Positions 38,900-50,768 of a stretch of DNA of 64,000 nt are shown piece by piece. Source of the stretch: Phoronis australis (taxonomy: Eukaryota > Animalia > Phoronida); NCBI GenBank assembly GCA_002633005.1, contig NMRA01000235.1, positions 258,328-322,327 on the forward strand. Reading direction: 5' to 3'. The notes under the pieces are model-generated. The model saw only the letters and a list, made by a program, of their open reading frames with translations. It was not told where the DNA came from and did not search any database. Positions within the stretch are counted from its first letter, which is position 1, and each line of letters begins with the position of its first letter. The translations under genes were made by a program, and so were the position numbers.

Positions 38900-40620
38900 C
38901 ACACAAGAAATGTACAAGGTCGTCCACCCAAAAGTCATCCATCCCTTTCGCTCGGACTGTCACCTCTTCTCAGACTTCAACATCTGCCGAATCTCAACCA
39001 CCTACTGACCCCGGCCCGTCATGGACTATGCAAAACTTGCTGCCAAGCTAAAGCGACCATATGACGCAGATTCCTCCACTCCGCTTATTATCGTTAGCCT
39101 GAGGGCTTGGCTGGATCCTGCTCCTTTCCTTCATCCACCACAACCTGCTACATCCAAACTTCCAATGCAAGTCTTCGACGTGGCTCGACAGTCTTCATTT
39201 TGGAGTTACCCTCTATCAATCATTTTTATGAATTCTTGCCGGTGGAGTCTCATGTCGACTCCACAACTCGCCAACCTATCTTTCAACAGTCCGTCTTTTG
39301 CAGCTCGATCAAGACCAAGGACCATCTCGTCCAAGAGGACCCAGGCAGTGTTCGAGTTTCAGCTAATAAATGTGCTGGCGAGTTACTTGAATACGAGGCA
39401 ACATCCACATATGGTCCATATGTGGAAGGTTACTGGCCCGGCCCCAAATCCATAGGCCCTGGGCCACCGTGTAGTTGTAATGCTGGACACAGGCCTTTAA
39501 CACCCTGGTCCAAAAGCTCCCTCAGGACGTGCAAAAGCTGCCCAAGCATTCCTCTATTATTCACCACAACACCCACTTGGCTAGGCAATTAATAAATGGT
39601 TTCTCTTTTGGTTTAAACTAGGCATACCCAACAACTTGCTTCCCCCTCCCCCGCCTACCATCCGTCCGTAACAGAAAATACAGACCGAGGTTGTACTGGG
39701 TCACTCCGCCCACTATTCCAGGTTTTCTCTTCAGAGCCTCATGTACACATCTCTAAGACTCAACCTGGGATATTCCGACTTGTCATATCTGTCTCGTCAC
39801 TCTAATTCTGTTAACCCACACAACCCCCACAATTTTCCCAGGTCCGGCCAGTACCAGTCCATCATTGGCGATATACGCCTGGTTCAACAATCTGGACACA
39901 ACTCACTCATGTCAAAGACCGACATCAAGGATGCTTTTAGAATCGTGCTGTTCACTCTGGCGAGTACCATCTCTTACGCCTACACTGTATATCAACAACT
40001 TCTACGAACAGGTGCCTTCCATTCGTCTGCGCTTCCACCAGTTCAGCGATTCAATGGATACTAAAACACAAGGTCGACGTCACATTCATCTCACTCTGGA
40101 ACTCCGTCGGCATCCCCATCAACCACAGTTCAACAAATCACACGGCATCCATCTCGATTCAGCAACCATGACCGCTTCTCTCTCACAAGAAAAGGTGGTT
40201 AAGGCTACGGACCTCATTCTCGACTTCCAGAAGCGCCGTTATCCCCAATCTCAGTCCGGTCTACTTGTTCAGACATCGAGCCTGGCTGCGCCTTCCTCCG
40301 TCGCTTCATCAACTTCACCATTGGTACTGCCAAACCAAATCACCACCTCAATCTCAAAAAAGAAGCCAGAGCTAACTTCAAGGCATGGTTAATTGTCCTC
40401 CAAAGCTACAACAGGGAAACCCTATTTCTCGCTCGACGAACTGACATCTTCCAATACAATCAAACTATACTCCGACGCTACAGGCATCAATGCGAGCTTT
40501 GCGGCAACTCTGGGGCTTCGTGGTTTGCCAGCCCTTGGCCAGCTCATCTCCAGCACTATCACATCACTCTAATGTAACTCTTACATATCGTCTTGTTGGA
40601 GCTTTGGGGCAATATTCTCT
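38900..40620 (+). mobile_element. Decayed Ngaro/DIRS-group retroelement: gag remnant, RT, RNase H
   Basis: Frameshifted motifs IFRLV..LS....SVN, LMSKTDIKDAFRIV, GIHLDSATMTASLSQEK, PGCAFLRRFIN, LYSDATG, WFASPWP. Boundaries approximate. Confidence 0.85.
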
Positions 40621-40719
40621 TGCTATATGTATGTGGCATCAGTCGTCGACAAATAAAGAAGACCTCTTCCCCCCACCCATAGAAGACCTCTTCCCCCCAC
40701 CCATTACGGCGTTTTCCCG

Positions 40720-42707
40720 TTGCTCCCAACTTGTTCGATTCTATAGCTGAGGTCACAAAAGACGAAATTATACAAACCATCGGCAGTATGAAAGACGGAA
40801 CTTCGCCAGGATGTGATAAAATTAGCATTGAGTTCTACAGGTATGCTGATAAAAAGTTGGTAGATTCGCTGTTCCATCTATACAACTACTTGGACAAAAT
40901 CCAATATAGTACCGATATTTAATGGCGGTGCCAAAATGCCTGAAAATTTCAGAGGAATTTCCCACATGCAACTCACAGCCAAAATATTCGAAAAAATATT
41001 GTGCCAGCGACTTCAAAAATGGTCGGAAAGAAAAAACGTAATTAGTATGTCTCAAGCTGCGTTTAGGAAAGGGCACAGTACGGTGGATCACATGTTTGCT
41101 TAATATACGTTAATAATTAAATATTTGTCACGAGAGAAAGGTAAACGTTATTGTGGTTTCGTTGATTTTAAAACTGCTTTTGACAGTATATAAATAAGCG
41201 CATTATATTTTAAATTTAAGAACAATCGCATAGAAGGTAACATGTATAAGATAATCAAAGCAATACACGCTGAAGTAAAAGCGTGCGTGAGATTGAATAC
41301 TGGGAGCTATACGGAGTTCTTTGATTGTTAGAATGGTCTAAAACAAGGTTCTCAGCTATCACCGTTTTTGTTTATTTCATTTATAAACGATCTCGAGCAA
41401 GAATTAGAATCCGGTGGCGCTGAAAACAAATTCATGGGATCAGCTGAATTATTGCATCTGCCGTTTGCTGATAATTTGGTTTTATTTTCTTATAGTGTGA
41501 ATGGACGGCAGAAAACAATGAATATTATAGATGAGTATTGTAAGAAATGGAAACTGATTGTTAACATATCGATGACTAAGATAAATGATTACAGAAATGG
41601 TGGGATGTTACGATCGTATGAAACATGGACCTATGATGGGAATACTGTTAATATTGTAAATGCATATAAATATCTAGGATTAATGTTTACTACGAAAGGT
41701 TCGTGGTCTTGCGCACAGATAGCTCTATCATTACAGATTGCTAAGGCAGTGGATGTAATGATGAAAAATGTCAATGGTTTTAATGCACTCCCTATTAAAG
41801 TTAGTTTGAAATTATTCGATTGTACAATACTGCCGATACTTCATTATGGCAGTGAGATCTCTGGGTTTTAGTGAGGGTGAATGTACTGAAATAGTCCACA
41901 CAAAATTTTGTAAAGAAATTTGAAATTTGCCCAGCGCTTCAATTTCATCGGATGTTAGAGGTGAGGTGGGACGTTACTCCTTGATTGCATACCGACTTCC
42001 TAGAATTATGAAATATCGGTTAAAACTACAAAAACCTATGTGTCAAAGATTACATATTATTGCTATGAATGGCAGTACAATATGACGGAAAATGTTAACC
42101 GTGCTGGGTTAATGATGTTAAGAAATTGCTATTTCTGTTTCGTTTTGGAGAAGCAAGGTACAATCAGGGTTTAGGTTTCGAGACCAGCTTCATATCACTT
42201 TTTAAACAGATATGCAAAGATATTGATCAGAAAAAATGGCAAGATATTTTGAACAATTCGATTAAGCTGGAAACTTAAAGAACTTTTAAGTTAAATATAT
42301 GTTTTGAAAATTATTTAGATGTAATTGACAATGCAAATGTTAGCTCTGATATGGTAAGATTGAGATCTTCAGCGCATGCACTAATGATTGAAAAGGGTAG
42401 ACACTTGAAACTTAGCAGACCAGAAAGGTTATGCCCTCTTTGTGTTAGGATATGTGTCGAGTCAGAATATCATTTTGTTACCAAATGTACATTCTACGAT
42501 GACCTTAGGAAACGGCATCTGCCTGCATGGAGCTACAACAATCCCAATGTCACAAAATTCAACAGACTCATGACTATGGAGGAAACATATCTTATTCAAG
42601 CGAATAAGAGCTTGTGTTACTTTTAGTGTTTGACACTTACCTGTATTGTATTTGATGATTTGATTGTAACAAGGGTCGGAGGCCTTGTTATTGAATAAAT
42701 AAATATA
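40720..42707 (+). mobile_element. 5'-truncated RTEX-like LINE nested in the Ngaro element
   Basis: SPGCDKI, NFRGIS, QAAFRKGHSTVDH, FVDFKTAFDSI, GLKQGSQLSPFLF, FADN (decayed ADD), YKYLG, and C-terminal LRSSAH.L.IEKGRH..RLCPLC..ESEYHF..C; AATAAATAAAT tail; multiple stops. Confidence 0.88.
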
Positions 42708-43339
42708 CAGCCCAACAACAAGTTGGGAAGATGACCCCTGTAGCCAATATCTTAAGCGACTGATTAACTTCAATCTGGCAGTTTATTGTCGGAGGGCCAG
42801 ATCTCTTTTGTTCGATAATTGTTCTAATCTCCAATAAGATCGTATCTAGCCTGAATGGGCTGTGCTGTTAAAAATAAAAGTTAAGTTATAACATGTTTGA
42901 ACATAAGCCAATAGCTTTTCTGAAATCTCCGCCAAATGGTGATTATGTTTAGTTTTTAAATCGCCAAAATCGCCCATTTACAACCGAAGTTACATGTACG
43001 ACTATCTAGTCTTCCCAAACGTATCAATTCGCTTTGGGTGTGACTGTGTTCACATGTGGTCTGTAATAAGCCTGGTAGATAATTGGTCTACCTATTGTCA
43101 TACCACACAAAAGACTGTGCTTTTCAGTTAACAAAGAAGCTAGATGTTATACCACTCTCCCAACCCTCTACGTCTGCTAAAGTCACTTAACGGAAAACGC
43201 CGTCATGTCTCATTATGCCCCCCCATTCGTCGCCTCCTCCTCTTTGCTCTTAGCTTTAACGTTCAGCATCGTGCTAAACACATCCCTGGTTTCACCTATG
43301 TTGTTGTTGACTAACTTTCTCGTTTCAATTTTGAGGTTT

Positions 43340-44240
43340 CCTTTTCCAGGTCTGGTTGCTCAGTCCTTATCCGACGCTGATTTGCTGGCGTGATCAGGGC
43401 TTCACTTGCTCCTTTCACTCTACAATCCTACAACGGCATTCTCCATAACGGTTTCACCTATCCTCTAACCTCTCCGCTCCAACCTTACCCACTAACATAA
43501 CTAACCTGGCCAACTACATCTCACACCTCTTCAAACCTGACCTTAGTACCTGGCTCATCCATCCAGTTCAATGTCTGAGCCATTAGTTTGAACATAATCT
43601 GGACAACCTCGCTAACCCTGCCTCCCTTTTCATCAAAACGCTCCTCAAATGCCCTTCCAATCTTCGCTCATCTATTAAACGAAAGTCTATAATTTCACTG
43701 CTGCTGCTCCGCCTGTTCGACACCTGTGATTCCAAACTCGGTTCTTTTACTGACTCCGTCCTCACACGTATCATGTTTCTCCTTGCCTTCCACGCCTTCC
43801 TCCGAGTCGGCGAATTCACAGCTCACCTCTTCGTCTCTCAGTTCCCATGTCGTCCAGCTTAGCGACGTCGTCTTCACGTCATCTGGCGACTCTGTGGTCA
43901 TCACTGTCCGTACATTCAAGCACAGCTCTGGTCCAGCCTCCCTTACCATCCCGGCCACTGAATCTCCCCTGTCCCCCCGTAGAAGCCCTAACCTTGTACT
44001 TTTCCACCTTTCAGACCACTTCAGGCTAAGCGAATCACCCCTTGCCCGTTCCTGCTTCTACTCCATATTAACTGAGGTAGTTTGCTTTTCAGGCCTCGAC
44101 GCCAACTCGTTTAAGTCCCATAGCTTTTGCATCGGCACGGCCACGTCAGCAGCTAAACGTGGCATATCCGCATCGGTTATCCTGTTTATGGGACGCAGGA
44201 AATCTAATGCACTGAAAAACTACATCAACATAGATCATTT
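43340..44240 (+). mobile_element. Decayed tyrosine recombinase of the Ngaro-like element
   Basis: Box I MFLLAFHAFLRVGEFT in another frame; box II SHSFCIGTATSAA...MGRRKSNALKNYI versus consensus HSFRIGAAT...GRW.S.A...YI. The second catalytic Arg and the Trp are substituted. Confidence 0.88.
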
Positions 44241-44575
44241 TTCTCTTAACAGGAACCTCATACCTCTCGGAGTCTACTTTTCAGCCTCCTCCAACCACGA
44301 CTGGTCTTGAGTTTCAGCCTATCGTCGTTTCCTCCCACCCTCAGGTCAGGTCTGTTGTTGCAGCCTACGTGTACCTCCTTCCCTGCGTCCCAAAAGCTTG
44401 TTGTTGCAGCCTTTTCAAAATCTCTAGTCAGAATTACCCCACACATTTTATCTCAGGTTTCATTGCTACCTCAGTGTATTATATTACTAGTTTCATTTTT
44501 ACCTTGCTATTCATTGTAAACATTTCTGCACGTAGTCTTCATTTGATATTGCCCGTGTTATGCTTCCTCGGATGG

Positions 44576-44763
44576 CCATGTCAGTACACCCATGTCAGAA
44601 CACCCATGTCAGTACACCCATGTCAGTACACCCCATGTCAGTACACCCATGTCAGTACACCCCACGTCAGTACACCCACGTCAGTACACCCACGTCAGTA
44701 CACCCATGTCAGTACACCCATGTCAGTACACCCATGTCAATACACCCCATGTCAGTACACCCA
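44576..44763. repeat. 14-15-bp minisatellite x~13
   Basis: Unit CCATGTCAGTACAC. Confidence 0.95.
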
Positions 44764-45330
44764 AGAGGATAGGATGTGCTCTAACGTACATCTGCGTCTA
44801 CACTGAATACAGCTTGGGTTGTCAGCAAGGCCCCAAGTAGCAAGGTTGCTGGGAGTAGGCAGTACGTCGTAAACAGATCTAATGAGGAATTTGGCTTTCA
44901 GAGGAGACATCTTCCACAAATCAGCCCACTTGACTTCCCTTTGTAAGACTTTGTCCCACTTGGTCCATGCTCCCTGTTGGCCCATCTGGACTGCTCGGGC
45001 GTACCTTTCTTCGTTCTCTGATGATCTTACCTCCCTGATTATTCTGTCTCTGCCCGGGTCTTTAGATCTTTCCCTTGCTGGCTTATCGGTCTTGTAGCCC
45101 AGCCCTTGCCTACCCTGGCAAACTGTTCCTACTAACTGCCTGTGCCTCAGTCGACTCTCTGCTTCACTGATCGCCAAGGTTGTGGACCACTTTCTTCCGG
45201 TGCGTGATTGGATACTGCATCCTCTGATGGCCTGGACAGATGTATTCCGCAGAGTGATGCTGGCTCGGACTTTGGTAACTTTGTATTCTTCTACAACAGA
45301 TGAGACTGGCAGGACAAGTTTTGACGACGT
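44763..45330 (-). mobile_element. Fragment of a HERO-like (RLE-type) non-LTR element, post-RT region
   Basis: GRKW...AESRLRHRQLVGTVCQGRQGLG, QQGAWTKW, FLIRSVYDVLPTPSNLATWG, C..C....TLEHILS zinc knuckle truncated by a minisatellite. Confidence 0.75.
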
Positions 45331-46984
45331 CCGACGTTGCTGAATGACGCGGGTAGTCCAAGCCACCTTCGAATGAATCTCCTTGCTTCCCTTTCCATTT
45401 CTTCCACTAATATACTGACCTTGAGGAACAGCGTGTCAACGTGACGTCACCAGCTTTTACGCACACTTCCCCTTCGGTGCAATCCTTTACTGTACAATTC
45501 AAAGCGGTTTCTGTAACGAAGTCACTTTCAGACATGTTTGTTGGAATTAACATTGCTTATTTCGCAATTTCCATGTTCAGGTCGTGGGGAACAAATGCCC
45601 TTTTTTAAACGGGTATTGTCGACAAGAAAAGTGATTTTCTACACGCTAGACCAACCTGTGCTCTGAATCGATCCTGGCGTGCGCTCAGTAGACGCTAGGA
45701 CCTACGCTAGGACCTAGCTAAAGCCTAGTCAAAGTCACGTGTTCTCATTTAAAATGCACGGCAATGTGTCACGTAGTCTCGCGAAGTCTTGCTTTTTAGC
45801 GAGGTCCTAGTGTTACTGAACGGGAGGCTGAACTCCCCGCTGCCACAGTTTGAAGCCCTGATAACTTAGCTAAACACTACTGAATTACTGAATGTGGAGT
45901 TCAAGCGTATCTATATTTGGAAAGGTGGCTGGCTTTGATTTCAGGCTCTGAACGATGATTTGTAACAAAATCACAAGGATTTGTGCCCAAAAAACCAAAG
46001 ATGTCACTTCAAGAGATAACAAATGATTTTTTCAGAGAATGATTAATTTTTTTGTTATTTACGAATGACCTGATATTTTGTTATGCTCTCGTTTTCGAGA
46101 GTCCCTCGTTGCTGCAGGGATCCTAAACGACCGTTTATGTAGCAAATTCTCGAGACGACCGTGCTATCCTTAAAATATTTCCGGTTCACTTAACCCTTCC
46201 TTCACGTACCCCTCTAAAACGGGTACATGTACTTGCAAGTCACCAGGCAAATACATCATTTTGTCACTTTTCATAGTGAGTACCCGTTTTGTTGAAAAAA
46301 TATTTTCACAGCTGAAAAAAATAGCTCTTTTGTCATATTAAAATATATTTGGGCCCTTCACGTTCTCATATCATGTGTGCGTAGCACAAGGGTAAACATG
46401 AAAGCGATTTTAATTTGAAGAAATGCAGACACTTTATTCTGAGCTAAAAACGCAGTATAGAGTGTATGGGTAATGATTTTTACAATTTCTTGAGGACGCC
46501 AAGCACGTTTTGTTCAAAAACTTGCGCTAAGACTCACAAACAAATTAATCACGTGCATATATATGTAAACAACTTTTGGTCAGAACAGCGAGAACACTAA
46601 TGCGCTAGGTGAAAAGGCGATGTACCGGTAACCGCTGTCTATGCGTGCGTCTTTGTGTACGCCCTATTACACCGCGGAGAGTGATGGGAATTTGCCACTG
46701 AGCAAACAACATAAACTCGCCACAAACGAAGACACAGGTGTCAAACACAAAACTATACAGTTCAAAACCAAAGCTGCAATTTTGATTTTCACCTAACATG
46801 AATCAGCTTAAAGTTATCTCTATGACAAATCATTTAGAACTGAAAGTGATATATTACAAACAATAATTCCAATACCATGTAAAATTATCCCGAGAAGCAC
46901 GCCTGTATGACAACTAATTACATTGTACACCTACATGCACTTACATGTACGGTGTAGCAGCACGCCCTACTCTGCATGGTAGTG

Positions 46985-48961
46985 TTATTCTTCCAAGTAC
47001 TGAAATGTCTTCACCACACCTGTACTCCACTCCACTACAGAGACCTGACCCGGGGCCGGGAGACATAAACCAGTTGGACACTGGACACCACCAGGGGGCA
47101 CGATCACGTGAGCACGAGCGTTGTTGTATAAAATCACCTGATTATTGTGACTGTCAGCCACCAGAATGTGACCGTGTGGGTCTACGCATACACCGCGTGG
47201 GTAGTTACCCAGTTGATGTGTCAGCGTGCATATCACGGCTGGCCGTGTGTAGTCGATCACGTGCACGCGACCAGGTACACTTTCACTGACTAGCAACTGA
47301 CCGCAATTATCTATGCACACATTGCGCGGTCTGAACTTATCCAGCCCCAGGGTGGGGCCGTCCAACTGGCGGTGAATATTGCAGTCATAATCTGTAATAA
47401 TCACCCGTCCCCCACCTGCATCACACACAACCAGCCGGTCGTCGTGACATGCAACATATCCTACATCTTTAAACATATCAGGGCAAACCTTCATCAGACA
47501 ACCCTGTGCATCATACCTGACAACACCTTTAATGCCGAGGTCTGTGATGAAAATATTTCCATCACTGTTACATGTCACTCCAACCGGCTTCTGGAGTTTG
47601 TGATGAGTTTGCTGTAACTTCAACTTTAGTTTAAAGTCATATTTACTAAAAATTTTCACACTCTTGTTTTCCAAGTCTGTTACAACAAACCCAGCATCAC
47701 AAATTGCCAGTCCATAACACTCGGACCCCCTCTCTCCCACACCCCGGCTGGTAAAGCTACCAACACTGCCCGCAGGTTCTTTAACAGTCAGTGGTGGAGT
47801 GACAGGATGAAAGGGTGATTTGGATGAAAGATGAAGTTGTGACACTTTTGTACCCATAAGTTGTGATTCTACAGTAGAGCCAGTATCAACAGACACGGTA
47901 GGTACTGACAATTCAGATGGTACAAAGTTAAACACCGGCTTGTGAATATCAAAATTGAACTGACTGATATCTAACGATTTCAGAGCCTCAGCCATGTTCT
48001 GGAACTGTTGAGTTGTTTCTGCAGGATGTGCTCTTTCAACCAGTCTCTTGGCGTATCTCAATGTACTCATCAGAGACAGTCGTCTGTGTTCAGCCGCTTC
48101 GTACGCTGCATGGGCTTCCTTTTTGACCACCTCAAACACCTCGGTCAGTTTCGTGATCGCTTCACTTCTTTTGATTTCTAGTGCGTCATCAAACTTTTTC
48201 TTCAGATCATCAAAAACTTTGCCAAGTTCTTCAACCTTTCGTGCTAACAGTTCTTGGTTTAGTTCCTCACGAATGTTCTTCCGCTCAGCTGACAAAGCCT
48301 TCGCGTGATCCAATGCATCTGTCCAAGGCGCCATCAAACCTCTGAGCACCTCAATTGCTTCGCGTGCCGCCTCCTCAATATTCTTCATCTTATGCTGATC
48401 GTGGTCGAGTGCTGTACATATGAAGCACACGGATGTTTTGCATTGTTCGCAGTAAAGTTCAAGCAACTTACCAGGGTGTTTCGGGCAACACGTCGCTTCT
48501 TGTTCCCGTATTGCATCAAAATGCATGCCAGCTGCGACTTCGTCCAAACTGACCACTTTATGGGTTAAAGTGATTCCAGTCTGACAGTGAACGTCCGCAC
48601 ATGTTTTACACAAGTGGTGAGCACACTGTATACACATGAAATCTGCCCCCACTGTGGATCCCTTGAGGTGACATACGTAACAGAAGACTTTGGTTGCCTT
48701 GGGAACGCAGTCGTTCATGCGGTTTATGAAATGGTTGAAGGCAAAACCTGCAGCGCCCTCTTCCGGGATGTCGAAATCTCGACTGCACCGCGGACATAAA
48801 AATTTGCCGCCTTTTCCTCGTTTATCAATAAATGTTTGTAAACAGTCTTGACAAAATGTGTGAATGCACGGGAGCTGACGGGGTGTTTTCGGTCTCTCCA
48901 AACAGATCGGACATTCTAGTAGCCTTCGAATGTCGTCTGCGTCCTTGGAACTGATTGCCAT
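46985..48961 (-). CDS. TRIM-NHL E3 ubiquitin ligase (TRIM2/3/56-like), paralog 1
   Basis: 658-aa ORF: C3HC4 RING (CPIC..PCIHTFCQDC..CPRC), B-box1 (CYVC..CIQC..CKTC..H), B-box2 (CPKH..CEQC..CFIC..H..H), coiled coil, six NHL blades (P.G...G.I.V.D); 3' splice site tttcag| 21 nt before the ATG. Confidence 0.93.
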   Translation of the reverse strand: MAISSKDADDIRRLLECPICLERPKTPRQLPCIHTFCQDCLQTFIDKRGKGGKFLCPRCSRDFDIPEEGAAGFAFNHFINRMNDCVPKATKVFCYVCHLKGSTVGADFMCIQCAHHLCKTCADVHCQTGITLTHKVVSLDEVAAGMHFDAIREQEATCCPKHPGKLLELYCEQCKTSVCFICTALDHDQHKMKNIEEAAREAIEVLRGLMAPWTDALDHAKALSAERKNIREELNQELLARKVEELGKVFDDLKKKFDDALEIKRSEAITKLTEVFEVVKKEAHAAYEAAEHRRLSLMSTLRYAKRLVERAHPAETTQQFQNMAEALKSLDISQFNFDIHKPVFNFVPSELSVPTVSVDTGSTVESQLMGTKVSQLHLSSKSPFHPVTPPLTVKEPAGSVGSFTSRGVGERGSECYGLAICDAGFVVTDLENKSVKIFSKYDFKLKLKLQQTHHKLQKPVGVTCNSDGNIFITDLGIKGVVRYDAQGCLMKVCPDMFKDVGYVACHDDRLVVCDAGGGRVIITDYDCNIHRQLDGPTLGLDKFRPRNVCIDNCGQLLVSESVPGRVHVIDYTRPAVICTLTHQLGNYPRGVCVDPHGHILVADSHNNQVILYNNARAHVIVPPGGVQCPTGLCLPAPGQVSVVEWSTGVVKTFQYLEE

Positions 48962-49289
48962 ATTATCGAGTCAGTTGCTGACCTGAAATGCATGAATATT
49001 TAGTGTTAATGTTTCACCAAGTGATCCAATGATTTGACAGAATTTCTCGCAAAAACACAAAACTGACAGTTTTTAACCCAAAACAACGACTTGTATGTAA
49101 CTACTAGACACCATCAGACAACGCACTCAGAAAGCTAAAACAATTTAGATTCTAAACATTGGTTAGATGATGGGTCTCAACCAGATCATTTTCTGCCAAC
49201 CTGAAGAGTCTGAGGGATATCTAAATTTCCAGCAGGCGCCAAATTATTATGAAATGGGGAGGTGGATTCGATTACGGCTGGAATAGGCC

Positions 49290-49720
49290 CACTATACCGT
49301 CACTTACGGTGCGTGCGTGCGATGTTAAAATGTAAAAAGATGGTTGGCTGCGCCTACGTGCGCCTACACCCCATTATACCGTAACTTACGGTGCGTAGGC
49401 GCTACTTTAAAAAATGCAAAATGGTGGCTGGTTGCGCCTACGCGCTTCTACAGCACTGCTAATAGCAATCGGCCGCTGTCGTAATCCCGAGAAGTTATTT
49501 TTTAGGCTCACAAGGATGATTTTCAGTGCTGTAGTGGGGGGTTGGCGCACGTAGTTTTAGCCAACCATATTTTGGCATTTAAACGTAGCGTCTACGCACC
49601 GTAAGTTACGTTACATTTGGGAGTAGGCACAGCCAATCATCCTTATACATCTTAACGTAGCGCCCTATGCACAGTTGGTGACGGCCGGTAAAGTGTGTGA
49701 TACAATAGCTTACGGTATCG
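49290..49720. mobile_element. Palindromic/tandem repeat element; half-copy at 54340-54430
   Basis: Direct and inverted copies of CGTAACTTACGGTGCGTAGGCGCTAC...GCGCCTACG...TACAGCACTG. Confidence 0.65.
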
Positions 49721-50768
49721 ACCGGATGCACTTCTTCGCTGACGATATCATTGTTGCCGAATATTCCGACACGCGTGACCATACGTCCTGAACAATTTGT
49801 TAAAAAAGTTGTGAACTTGGAGTGGCGGTGATTTGACAATGATGAGCAGTCGTTCTGCTCTATTCTGGGCATCTTGGACCCCAAAACGTAGCTCATGGGA
49901 TCCGGGATAAAACATAAACCTGTGTAACATCGTATTTGTGTAATCTTTGAAGCGTACGGAGTAACATATGTTCGCCAAATTAATATTTCAAGATAAAGTA
50001 ACAATTATGGTGTCATACCATAGACTGTCACGGATAAAGGGGAACCGAAGGGCCCCGGGAACACACTCACGGTCAACTAAAAACGCCACAAGCATATCGT
50101 TTCTGGGCGTTACGAGGCCTATTTTCATTTAAAATTGTTTGCCCCCGCCCTCTTCAGAGACCGCTTGCAATGCACGCGGAACTTTGCCTTCCTTTATGTG
50201 TGGTTGCACCCCCTTTCTGCGACAGATTCGTCACTGCAGACACGAAGTAATTACTCATGCACTCATGGGTCAAAAAATGCCTGAATGTTTGTGAGTCGGG
50301 TTTACTTGAGTCGCTAATAGTTTGTTGTTAACGCTAGAAGTATAAGAAACCGATTCTATTGACGAGATGAACTCGCGGCTTGGGTAATTTCTCGTGTTTT
50401 AGTTCGGGTCAAAACCATGCATGCGCCAAAACGCTTAACACGCTTATAAAGGCAACCTTTCGTTTGAACTTTAATGCACACGTGGATGTCTAAGTTTCCC
50501 TTGAGGCTAACACCACTCTCAGTTTCTGGGTTGCAACACATTATTTGAGATTTACATTATATAAGTGCTTTGAGTACGGGTATCTGGATTTTTTACATTT
50601 GGTTGAACATTAAAGAGCGAATGAAAAGCAGTATGTGTGTATTGTCAAAACTGAGGCGCGTGGGAGAGCTTGAAAAAAGTAAGATTCGAGCATTCTTTTT
50701 AAATGCTTAGCATTACGTCCTGCATGTTATTATTTTAAGCCCTTAAACGCAACAGCAGCTCATCACTC

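Noticed and set aside
43726-44310. Functional or domesticated tyrosine recombinase
   Set aside because: Box I is out of frame with box II, and the catalytic Arg and Trp positions are substituted.
46945-48799. Plus-strand ORFs overlapping the TRIM genes
   Set aside because: Antisense shadows of the real CDS; the same applies to 56376-58603.
46985-48961. TRIM genes as fresh retrocopies
   Set aside because: Both have a 5' UTR acceptor and shared upstream homology, with no poly(A) tail or TSD; tandem DNA duplication fits better.
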